From a virus (Duplodnaviria; Caudoviricetes), in the IMG/VR virus record IMGVR_UViG_3300042402_003952: 64,000 nt of DNA, one strand, 5' to 3'. The notes under the pieces are model-generated. The model did not search any database. It was not told the origin of the DNA and saw only the letters and a list, made by a program, of their open reading frames with translations. Positions within the stretch are counted from its first letter, which is position 1; each line of letters opens with the position of its first letter. Below are positions 1-6,277 of this stretch, in pieces. The position numbers and the translations under genes were made by a program.

Positions 1-114
1 AAACTAAAAGATAAACTTCATAAAGATCATATTAGACCTGAAATGGATATGAAAGGACTTGCTCATAAATATCTGAATGAAGTTCTTGATATAATAGATG
101 AGTACAGATATTGA
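1..114 (+). CDS. 3' end of a hypothetical protein (partial)
   Basis: Frame 1 is open from base 1 (KLKDKLHKDHIRPEMDMKGLAHKYLNEVLDIIDEYRY) to TGA at 112-114. Confidence 0.6.
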   Translation, partial: KLKDKLHKDHIRPEMDMKGLAHKYLNEVLDIIDEYRY

Positions 115-541
115 CTATGAAAATCCTTGGATTTATAATGGAGTGCCTTTTACTTCCTCTAATATTCAAGATTATTTTGGTTTTGTTTATCTTATCCAGA
201 ATAATCTTACTGGCAAAAAATATATTGGAAGAAAATATCTTTGGCAGTTCCGTACTCCAAAGGGTAAAAAAAGAAAAGTAAAATCAGAATCAAATTGGAA
301 GGAATACTATGGGTCTTGTCCGGAACTTAAAGAAGACATTGACAAATTGGGCAGAGAAAATTTTAGTCGAACTATCTTATCATTACATAAAACAAAGGGC
401 AAAACAAACTTTGGAGAGACCAGCCAACTTTTCAAAAACGATGTCCTCACGGAGTCCCTTGACGACGGAGAACCCGCCTTCTATAATAGCAACATCCTTG
501 GAAGGTTTTACCGAAAAGACTATTATGACCGCAACGACTGA
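98..541 (+). CDS. GIY-YIG-family nuclease-like protein (conserved cyanomyovirus type)
   Basis: FGFVYLIQNNLTGKKYIGRK bipartite GIY-YIG-like motif, plus YYGS. Confidence 0.75.
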   Translation: MSTDIDYENPWIYNGVPFTSSNIQDYFGFVYLIQNNLTGKKYIGRKYLWQFRTPKGKKRKVKSESNWKEYYGSCPELKEDIDKLGRENFSRTILSLHKTKGKTNFGETSQLFKNDVLTESLDDGEPAFYNSNILGRFYRKDYYDRND

Positions 542-698
542 AGATATCGTGGCGCATGTGAGAACTTGGTCTCTTGATCGTGCTGCTGATATGAGTATTC
601 ATAAAGAGGATGCCCGCGCAATTCTTGCTGAGTTCTATGAGTGGATTGAACCAGAAAGTGATGAACTGGAAATTGTCTCTCTAGAACCAGAAGATTGA
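525..698 (+). CDS. small hypothetical protein (57 aa)
   Basis: ATG at 525 overlaps the upstream stop region; acidic protein MTATTEDIVAHVRTWSLDRAAD...; C-terminal part of track ORF 309..698. Confidence 0.65.
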   Translation: MTATTEDIVAHVRTWSLDRAADMSIHKEDARAILAEFYEWIEPESDELEIVSLEPED

Positions 699-777
699 CA
701 ATCCATAAATACTCACTTATAATGTTAAGATTCACAACTATGTGAATCTTTTTTATTATGAGACTTTGATTTTAATT

Positions 778-843
778 TAGAGCCGTGGAAGATGCCCTTT
801 GAGAAAAGGGTGGACCCCTCTTCTATACGGATGTAGAGTTCTA
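778..843 (+). ncRNA. candidate structured cis-regulatory RNA in the rlpA leader
   Basis: Nested pairings TAGAG/TTCTA, CCGT/ACGG, GAAGA/TCTTC and CCCTTT-GAGA-AAAGGG (GNRA loop), ending 9 nt before the ATG at 853. Confidence 0.45.
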
Positions 844-852
844 TTAATTTTA

Positions 853-1215
853 ATGCTTTTTAAAACACTTTCGATTTTAGCCCTTGCCACTGCAGGACTA
901 GCACCCCTTCAAGCAAAGGCAGCGAGCGGATGTTCACTCGCATCACACTATGGAGTTGGTGATGGGTATCACGGGCAGATAACTGCCAATGGAGAAAGAT
1001 ACAATGCTTATGGAAATTCGGTAGCACATAAAACACTTCCCTTTGGAACTAGATTGCGCGTAACCAATCAATCAAATGGAAGATCAGTAATTGTGCGTGT
1101 AAATGATCGCGGTCCTTATATCGCGGGTAGAGACCTTGACTTGTCTTATGGTGCATTCTCTACTATTGCTTCACCTAGTCAAGGTGTAGCTAGAATTTGC
1201 TACTCGCGTGTATGA
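853..1215 (+). CDS. rlpA: RlpA-like (double-psi beta-barrel) lytic transglycosylase with signal peptide
   Basis: ASHYG...TANGERYN...AHKTLPFGTRLRVTN..NGRSVIVRVNDRGPY...DLDLSYGAF is the RlpA/DPBB signature; hydrophobic N-terminus. Confidence 0.9.
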   Translation: MLFKTLSILALATAGLAPLQAKAASGCSLASHYGVGDGYHGQITANGERYNAYGNSVAHKTLPFGTRLRVTNQSNGRSVIVRVNDRGPYIAGRDLDLSYGAFSTIASPSQGVARICYSRV

Positions 1216-1240
1216 TTGAATGAAAACCGAATAATAAATA

Positions 1241-1270
1241 GAGGGGAGCGGTTGCTACTCCTCTTTTTTT
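1241..1270 (+). terminator. intrinsic terminator
   Basis: GAGGGGAGC-GGTT-GCTACTCCTC hairpin followed by a T run. Confidence 0.7.
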
Positions 1271-1675
1271 ATGTTTAATTTTAACTTCGGAAAGAAGAAA
1301 TCAGACAAGAAGCAGATAATCCTCATAAGCGTAATACTCAGTGGTATCGTAGCAACCCTCTCACAATGCTCTGGAGTCTCCTCAGAGCGTCTCTGGGACC
1401 TTCTAGACGAGGTACAGAGGTCTCTGTTCCCTCAGACCATAATCAACGATGTTTTGCTCCAAGATCCTGGTGTGGTGGAGAGGAGAGTCGAAAGAGATGT
1501 AGATAAAGCAATCAGAGAATATGAACGCTTGACAAGACACTCAGAACCACCTAGAGTACCTTTGCCCAGGTTGATAAAGAAATCTCTAGATAATTCTAAG
1601 TGTTATAGTAAAGAATGTAAGTCTTTAGGTGGAGAAATAAGACTTTGTGCTCCTTGGAAAGAGGATTGTGTTTAA
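1271..1675 (+). CDS. hypothetical membrane-anchored protein
   Basis: 134-aa ORF with an N-terminal hydrophobic segment (IILISVILSGIVATL) and a Cys-containing C-terminus. Confidence 0.7.
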   Translation: MFNFNFGKKKSDKKQIILISVILSGIVATLSQCSGVSSERLWDLLDEVQRSLFPQTIINDVLLQDPGVVERRVERDVDKAIREYERLTRHSEPPRVPLPRLIKKSLDNSKCYSKECKSLGGEIRLCAPWKEDCV

Positions 1676-1717
1676 AATGTATAAATAACTTATCCTTATA
1701 TTTACTTAAAGGTTATT

Positions 1718-1906
1718 ATGTCAGTATCACAAGAACTCTTAAATGCTGTTGAAGTGTGGAAAGTAGAAGATGAAAAATTTACTACAGGAAACAATTCTGC
1801 AGGAACTCGCGCTCGTAAAGCACTTCAAGAAATTGCTAAATTAGTTAAATCCCGTAGAGCAGAAATTGCAGAGGAAAAAAATTCCCGTAAAGAAGCAAAG
1901 GGTTGA
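1718..1906 (+). CDS. small basic protein, histone H1-like (Hc1-type) family resemblance
   Basis: GNNSAGTRARKALQEIAKLVKSRRAEI resembles the NKAAGTRARK-type motif; AAGG-type RBS and TATAAATA upstream. Confidence 0.55.
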   Translation: MSVSQELLNAVEVWKVEDEKFTTGNNSAGTRARKALQEIAKLVKSRRAEIAEEKNSRKEAKG

Positions 1907-1954
1907 AAATTTATAAGAAAACTCTTATAAATAAACATACTTAGGTCGAAAACA

Positions 1955-2056
1955 ATGTCTTATCCAATGCCCACCAAACAGTTTAGTATTCTCGATTGCC
2001 GCTATTGGCATATTGAGGGTGCTCCCCTGTTTGCGGATATGGAAAGACATATGTAA
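1955..2056 (+). CDS. 33-aa small ORF with its own late promoter and terminator
   Basis: TATAAATA at ~1926, ATG 1955, MSYPMPTKQFSILDCRYWHIEGAPLFADMERHM, TAA 2054-2056, terminator at ~2082-2114. Confidence 0.5.
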   Translation: MSYPMPTKQFSILDCRYWHIEGAPLFADMERHM

Positions 2057-2122
2057 GATGTAATCCATAAAGCAAAATACAGGGGAGAGAAACCAAAAGT
2101 TTCCTCCCTTTTTTTATGCTTT

Positions 2123-2280
2123 GTGCCACTTGTTCAACTGGTCGTATCATTTGCCATTGGGGTCCAAACCCTGGTATATTACTTGAGTTGGTGGGGGAAC
2201 GAGACCCCAAGTGCCTAGGACCACTTCTGGAACTGGCACAAACCACTTGATTCCCAACGGGTTCTGTGGTATTCTTAAGG
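2123..2280 (+). promoter_or_regulatory. tandem sigma70-type promoters upstream of the tRNA array, each preceded by a 16-bp dyad CCACTT-N4-AACTGG
   Basis: TTGCCA-N18-TATATT and TTGATT-N17-TATTCT; dyads CCACTTGTTCAACTGG and CCACTTCTGGAACTGG. Confidence 0.5.
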
Positions 2281-2325
2281 AGTGGTTGAGAGACCACCAG
2301 CACCTTGACAATCTAAACCTTTAAT

Positions 2326-2398
2326 GGGTCTGTTGCATAGCGGCTAATGCACCTGGCTTTTAACCAGTATATCGTGGGTTCGAGTCCCACCAGACCCA
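2326..2398 (+). tRNA. tRNA-Lys(UUU)
   Basis: Acceptor GGGTCTG/CAGACCC; anticodon loop CT-TTT-AA; TTCGAGT T-loop. Confidence 0.95.
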
Positions 2399-2436
2399 TT
2401 GACCGCTACAGTTCGGTCATTAAACATAAACTGTTC

Positions 2437-2518
2437 GGGTAGGTGTCCGAGTGGTTAATGGAGGAGGTCTGTAAAACCTCTGGCTCTGCCTACGGGGGTT
2501 CAAATCCCTCCCTGCCCA
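2437..2518 (+). tRNA. tRNA-Tyr(GUA)
   Basis: GAGGT-CTGTAAA-ACCTC anticodon arm; long variable arm; TTCAAAT T-loop. Confidence 0.95.
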
Positions 2519-2522
2519 CCTT

Positions 2523-2596
2523 GACCCATTAGTGTAGCGGTTTATCACGCCACCCTGTCACGGTGGAGATCACGGGTTCAAATCCCGTATGGGTCG
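2523..2596 (+). tRNA. tRNA-Asp(GUC)
   Basis: CCACC-CTGTCAC-GGTGG; acceptor GACCCAT/ATGGGTC. Confidence 0.95.
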
Positions 2597-2644
2597 TTGC
2601 TACGCTGCCTGTGGAGTATTCCTCCTTGGTGGTTGTAGCATCAT

Positions 2645-2716
2645 GGTCCTATCGTCTAGTGGTGAGGACATCACTCTTTCACAGTGAAGACACGGGTTCA
2701 AATCCCGTTAGGACTA
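2645..2716 (+). tRNA. tRNA-Glu(UUC)
   Basis: TCACT-CTTTCAC-AGTGA; acceptor GGTCCTA/TAGGACT. Confidence 0.95.
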
Positions 2717-2719
2717 CCA

Positions 2720-2796
2720 CGGAATGTAGCGCAGTTTGGTAGCGCATCTGTTTTGGGAACAGAGGGTCGCAGGTTCGAATCCTGTCATTCCGACCA
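2720..2796 (+). tRNA. tRNA-Pro(UGG), CCA encoded
   Basis: TCTGT-TTTGGGA-ACAGA; acceptor CGGAATG/CATTCCG followed by ACCA. Confidence 0.95.
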
Positions 2797-2869
2797 GGAA
2801 ACATAGCTTAGTTGGTAAAGCATTCGACTGATAATCGAAAGAGCACTGGTTCGAGTCCAGTTGTTTCCA
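2797..2869 (+). tRNA. tRNA-Ile(GAU)
   Basis: TTCGA-CTGATAA-TCGAA; acceptor GGAAACA/TGTTTCC. Confidence 0.95.
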
Positions 2870-2892
2870 TTGTTGCCTTAAGGCAACATTAA

Positions 2893-2982
2893 GGAAGTGT
2901 GGCAGAGAGGTCTAATGCAGTGGATTGCTAATCCGCCGATGTTCTTTAAGGGCATCCGTTGGTTCGAATCCAACCACTTCCG
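2893..2982 (+). tRNA. tRNA-Ser(GCU)
   Basis: GTGGA-TTGCTAA-TCCGC; long variable arm; acceptor GGAAGTG/CACTTCC; G73. Confidence 0.95.
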
Positions 2983-2984
2983 TA

Positions 2985-3064
2985 GGACTCCAGCAAGGTG
3001 CTTGCTAGGATATAAAAGACTGACGCCTCCCTCTTCAGAAAGAGTAACCAGCAGGTCAGCGTCC
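2985..3064 (+). ncRNA. unidentified structured RNA within the tRNA array
   Basis: GGAC/GTCC ends, AGCAAG-GTG-CTTGCT hairpin, CTGAC/GTCAG stem enclosing a CTCTT-CAG-AAAGAG hairpin; no tRNA T-loop. Confidence 0.4.
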
Positions 3065-3069
3065 ACTTT

Positions 3070-3141
3070 GGCAGTGTAGTTCAGTGGTAGAACAAGAGAT
3101 TCATACCCTCTATGTCGGTAGTTCAATTCTACCCACTGCCT
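3070..3141 (+). tRNA. tRNA with CAU anticodon (Met or Ile2)
   Basis: AGAGA-TTCATAC-CCTCT (A31-C39 mismatch); acceptor GGCAGTG/CACTGCC. Confidence 0.85.
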
Positions 3142-3142
3142 T

Positions 3143-3214
3143 GTGTCGTTAGCCTAGTGGTTAAGGCAGTAGTTTGTGGAACTACCTAGATGGGTTCAAT
3201 TCCCATACGACACC
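3143..3214 (+). tRNA. tRNA-His(GUG); G-1 not encoded
   Basis: GTAGT-TTGTGGA-ACTAC; acceptor GTGTCGT/ACGACAC; C73; base -1 is T. Confidence 0.9.
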
Positions 3215-3216
3215 CC

Positions 3217-3288
3217 GCCCTTATAGCTCAGTGGTAGAGCAACTCACTAGTAATGAGTAGGTCGTTGGTTCAAATCCGACTGAGGGCT
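3217..3288 (+). tRNA. tRNA-Thr(AGU), A34 anticodon
   Basis: ACTCA-CTAGTAA-TGAGT; acceptor GCCCTTA/TGAGGGC; U73. Confidence 0.9.
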
Positions 3289-3323
3289 CTCAACTATCTG
3301 AAATTTCCAGATAGTTCATACAA

Positions 3324-3395
3324 TCCAGAATCGACTAACTGGCAGGTCAGCACCCTTTGAAGGTGTACGTCTAGGTTCGAATCCTAGTTCTGGAA
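3324..3395 (+). tRNA. tRNA-Gln(UUG)
   Basis: GCACC-CTTTGAA-GGTGT; acceptor TCCAGAA/TTCTGGA. Confidence 0.95.
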
Positions 3396-3413
3396 TTGCC
3401 CCTAATGGGGCAA

Positions 3414-3590
3414 CAATCTGTCCAACACTGGGGTTCGACTCCCCACATCTCCACTCTTGGGGATGAACTGGCATTCGACTGGGCAGAGGGTTCTGAGAAT
3501 AAATCTCAACAACATCGTATCTTTCCGCAGAACTGCTGTTGCCGTTTGAGCAATAGCACTTTGAGCGAACTGGGGAGTAATCCCTTTTTC
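3414..3590 (+). ncRNA. ssrA: circularly permuted (two-piece) tmRNA
   Basis: T-arm TGGGG-TTCGACT-CCCCA and acceptor 3' strand CATCTCC-A (3429-3453) come before the 5' strand GGGGATG (3459-3465, G3.U70) and ..ATTCGAC; helix TCTGTCCA/TGGGCAGA; tag ORF 3505-3549 LNNIVSFRRTAVAV* resembles cyanobacterial ANNIVSF... tags. Confidence 0.9.
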
Positions 3591-3591
3591 T

Positions 3592-3666
3592 GTTGGGTTG
3601 GTGCAATTGGTAGCATCTCGGTCTCCAAAACCGAAGATCAGAGTTCAAGTCTCTGGCCCTTCGCCA
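3592..3666 (+). tRNA. tRNA-Trp(CCA), with two U-U mismatches in the acceptor stem
   Basis: TCGG-TCTCCAAAA-CCGA anticodon arm (loop CT-CCA-AA); G73 plus CCA; acceptor GTTGGGT/GCCCTTC. Confidence 0.8.
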
Positions 3667-3667
3667 T

Positions 3668-3744
3668 ACCCTCTTAACTCAGTGGACCAGAGTGCTTGGC
3701 TACGAACCAAGAAGTCGCAAGTTCGAATCTTGCAGAGGGTGCCA
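3668..3744 (+). tRNA. tRNA-Arg(ACG), CCA encoded
   Basis: CTTGG-CTACGAA-CCAAG; acceptor ACCCTCT/AGAGGGT. Confidence 0.95.
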
Positions 3745-3781
3745 TTTAAATCTAAATAGCAACAAGAGGTGTGATAGGAAA

Positions 3782-4252
3782 ATGGAATTAGTAGAACCAC
3801 ACTCAACTATACTAGTTTTGAATAGTTCTTACGAGCCACTACACTTCACTAATTGGAAACGTGCAATAGTTTTACTTTTCAAACAGAAAGCAAAACTTAT
3901 CTCCAAGAGAATTATTCGTTTGGTGAATTATGTGAAAATTCCATTTTCCTATGGAAGATCAGATTACCCGACGAGAGCACTCATCTATAAACGGGATGAT
4001 TATGAGTGTCAGTATTGTGAGTCTAAAAATGACCTTACAATTGACCACATAATTCCCCGCTCAAAAGGTGGTAAAGATACTTGGGATAATTTAGTTGCTT
4101 GTTGCACATCTTGTAATCTCAAAAAAGGAAATAAACTTCTTAAAGAGACTAATATGATCTTAAAGAGTATTCCGCAAGCACCAATTAGTAGAGTAATACT
4201 TGATATTCAGAAAACAAAAGTTTCTGAATGGAAGGACTATTTGTTTCAGTGA
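3782..4252 (+). CDS. HNH endonuclease (McrA/HNH_5-like) inside the tRNA array
   Basis: LVLNSSYEPL...RDDYECQYC...LTIDHIIPRSKGGKDTWDNLVACCTSCNLKKG; AGGA-type RBS before ATG 3782. Confidence 0.9.
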   Translation: MELVEPHSTILVLNSSYEPLHFTNWKRAIVLLFKQKAKLISKRIIRLVNYVKIPFSYGRSDYPTRALIYKRDDYECQYCESKNDLTIDHIIPRSKGGKDTWDNLVACCTSCNLKKGNKLLKETNMILKSIPQAPISRVILDIQKTKVSEWKDYLFQ

Positions 4253-4347
4253 GAGATTGACAAATTTTTGAAAATACCCTAATATATAAAGACAGAGGTT
4301 AAGTCCCTGTTACATCCTTATGAGGTGTATCACACTTAATCCATCAT

Positions 4348-4422
4348 CGTGGGGAAGTGTAATGGTTGCACAGAAGTCTCATAAGCTTCAGGTAGGTGGT
4401 TCAACTCCATCCCCCGCCTCCA
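4348..4422 (+). tRNA. tRNA-Met(CAU), initiator-like (C1 mismatch), CCA encoded
   Basis: C1:C72 mismatch; GAAGT-CTCATAA-GCTTC; lacks the three G-C anticodon-stem pairs typical of fMet. Confidence 0.8.
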
Positions 4423-4495
4423 GCCCTTGTATTCCAATGGTAGAGAAGGTGGACTTAGAATCCATACAGTGTAAGTTCGAATCTTACCAGGGGCA
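4423..4495 (+). tRNA. tRNA-Leu(UAG) with a short variable loop
   Basis: GTGGA-CTTAGAA-TCCAT; 5-nt variable region ACAGT; A73. Confidence 0.9.
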
Positions 4496-4535
4496 CTTGA
4501 CAATCAAACTTAAATAGTTTATAATTGTCTTATAA

Positions 4536-4607
4536 GCGGAGTTAGTTCAGCGGTAGAACGCTATCCTTCCAAGTTAGATGTCGTCGGTTCGATTCCGATA
4601 CTCCGCT
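4536..4607 (+). tRNA. tRNA-Gly(UCC)
   Basis: CTATC-CTTCCAA-GTTAG; acceptor GCGGAGT/ACTCCGC; U73. Confidence 0.9.
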
Positions 4608-4659
4608 CTGAACCTTCGGGTTCTATAAACACACAAACACACTTCATAGGAGAATACTT

Positions 4660-4857
4660 ATGACGCCTTATCAACTTAGATTTGAAGTTTTTAAGCAAGC
4701 TTATGCGATGCTTTCGGATAATTATCATGTAGAGTTTGCAAAAGCAGAATGCTCTAATGGTGGCAAATTGCCGGATGGATTTGATTTAAAATATCCAACT
4801 CTTTCTGATGTTCTTGGGCACGCAGAAACGATTAATGATTTTGTAAGTTCTAAGTAA
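4660..4857 (+). CDS. hypothetical protein (65 aa)
   Basis: AGGAGA RBS; MTPYQLRFEVFKQAY...YPTLSDVLGHAETINDFVSSK. Confidence 0.7.
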   Translation: MTPYQLRFEVFKQAYAMLSDNYHVEFAKAECSNGGKLPDGFDLKYPTLSDVLGHAETINDFVSSK

Positions 4858-4865
4858 TAGAACAT

Positions 4866-4937
4866 TCCCCTGTGGCGCAGCGGTAGCGCGAGAAACTGTT
4901 AATTTCCAGGTCACAAGTTCGAATCTTGTCGGGGGAG
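4866..4937 (+). tRNA. tRNA-Asn(GUU)
   Basis: Loop CT-GTT-AA; acceptor TCCCCTG/CGGGGGA; G73. Confidence 0.9.
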
Positions 4938-4956
4938 TTGCTATCAGTAGCAAACT

Positions 4957-5034
4957 GTAGGTGCCAAATACCCCTTCTGGTTAATGCTGGAAGAAGTAAA
5001 GAGTGTGGACATAGGTAAAGTCCACAACACCTAC
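4957..5034 (+). ncRNA. unidentified three-way-junction RNA between tRNAs
   Basis: GTAGGTG/CACCTAC closing stem with inner hairpins CTTCTGG/CTGGAAG and GTGGAC/GTCCAC. Confidence 0.4.
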
Positions 5035-5039
5035 CACAA

Positions 5040-5111
5040 CCTCTGGTAGTCTATTGGTAAGGACGGGCGGATAACGCACTTGGAAACTAGGTTCGATTCC
5101 TAGACAGAGGT
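5040..5111 (+). ncRNA. tRNA-like RNA with a non-canonical anticodon arm
   Basis: Acceptor CCTCTG/CAGAGG, D-arm GTC/GAC with TGG, T-arm CTAGG-TTCGATT-CCTAG; the anticodon region GGGCGGATAACGCAC gives only a ~5-nt loop. Confidence 0.6.
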
Positions 5112-5114
5112 AAC

Positions 5115-5187
5115 GGGAGCATAGCTCAGCGGTAGCAGCGTCTGCTTTACACGCAGAATGTCGGGGGTTCGAATCCCTCTGCTCCCA
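5115..5187 (+). tRNA. tRNA-Val(UAC)
   Basis: TCTGC-TTTACAC-GCAGA; acceptor GGGAGCA/TGCTCCC. Confidence 0.95.
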
Positions 5188-5214
5188 CTTGCATAAATAT
5201 TGAAAAAGAGTATA

Positions 5215-5649
5215 ATGGAAAAACTGTTTAAACTTTTAAGTGATGCTCAGTCATCACTTTTTGTTTTATTTCATAAAACTTGGGCATTTCATTGGAATGT
5301 AGTTGGTGAAGATTTCACACAACTACATCAACTCTTTGGTGGACAGTATGAGACTATGTTTGAAGAGATTGATCGTCTTTCTGAACATATGAGATACTTA
5401 AATGTAAAACCATTAAGTTCTCTTTCAAGAATGCTTGAAGTGACTCAAATCAAAGAGTCTGCAAGTTCAACTGGAGCAAAAGAAATGCTTCAGGAACTTC
5501 TGGATAATAACACCAAGTTTTGTGAGTTAATGGCAGAGATTTCGGAAGAAGCAGAAGAACAAAAGTCTTATGCAACTGCCAATCTAGTTCAAGACTTAAT
5601 GGAATCTCATGGTAAATTTGTATGGATGTTGAGATCACATTTACAGTGA
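5215..5649 (+). CDS. dps: Dps / ferritin-like DNA-protecting protein
   Basis: HKTWAFHWNVVGEDFTQLHQLF...QYETMFEEIDRLSEH and ESHGKFVWML are Dps-family motifs. Confidence 0.9.
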   Translation: MEKLFKLLSDAQSSLFVLFHKTWAFHWNVVGEDFTQLHQLFGGQYETMFEEIDRLSEHMRYLNVKPLSSLSRMLEVTQIKESASSTGAKEMLQELLDNNTKFCELMAEISEEAEEQKSYATANLVQDLMESHGKFVWMLRSHLQ

Positions 5650-5664
5650 TAAGGATGAAGAAAA

Positions 5665-5916
5665 ATGATTTCAATAAGATGTAAAGATTGCAATAAAGAA
5701 TTAACAGGACACCCATCAAAAACAGTTACTTGTGGGTGTCCTAATATGGCAACAATTCGTGGAGACAAGATTTCGGCACTTGACTTATCTCGAATTGTCA
5801 TGCTAAACTCTCTAAAAGAAAATCAAAACAAAAGTGTGCTTACTTCTCAAGACATTGCTTGGCAAGAAGCACGTCGTCAACGTAAAGTAAGACGACTTGA
5901 TTTTGAAGTCCGTTGA
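5665..5916 (+). CDS. hypothetical Zn-ribbon-like protein
   Basis: CKDC...CGCPN cysteine pattern. Confidence 0.7.
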   Translation: MISIRCKDCNKELTGHPSKTVTCGCPNMATIRGDKISALDLSRIVMLNSLKENQNKSVLTSQDIAWQEARRQRKVRRLDFEVR

Positions 5917-5927
5917 GGACTTAATTT

Positions 5928-6014
5928 GGAAGGTCAATCCGATTGGCGACGGAACCGCTCTTGAAAAGCGTTGAGGTGTTAAAGCCCTTGGGAGTTCGAC
6001 TCTCCCACCTTCCG
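5928..6014 (+). tRNA. tRNA-Ser(UGA)
   Basis: CGCT-CTTGAAA-AGCG; long variable arm; acceptor GGAAGGT/ACCTTCC; G73. Confidence 0.95.
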
Positions 6015-6127
6015 TTTAGAAAAGTTACAAATTTAACAATTTCTTCAACAGTGTTAAGATATCAACACAAAAAGTTGACTGCGAAATACCTGTGATTAGT
6101 ATATAGTAGTATCACGGGGACGAACCG

Positions 6128-6277
6128 ATGGATCAACATACTTACGAAAATTGGGTGAAAATCAAAGAAACATTTGAAACTTCTGGTAATATTGATAATA
6201 TGTTTTACAAAAGAGCCGTTCAAATTGTTAAAACAAGAGTCGATCCTCTTGCAAAGTTTTTGGGAGATGAGAAGTGA
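6128..6277 (+). CDS. small hypothetical protein (49 aa)
   Basis: MDQHTYENWVKIKETFETSGNIDNMFYKRAVQIVKTRVDPLAKFLGDEK; GGGGA RBS; TGATG coupling to the next ORF. Confidence 0.65.
   Translation: MDQHTYENWVKIKETFETSGNIDNMFYKRAVQIVKTRVDPLAKFLGDEK

Noticed and set aside
2985-3064. Hammerhead or other known self-cleaving ribozyme in the tRNA spacers
   Set aside because: No CUGANGA/GAAA hammerhead core or other recognisable ribozyme consensus; kept only as an unidentified structure.
2878-3677. ORFs called over the tRNA/tmRNA region (2878..3126, 2897..3079, 3316..3648, 3396..3677, also 4320..4517)
   Set aside because: They are shadow ORFs over structured RNA genes with no protein motifs.
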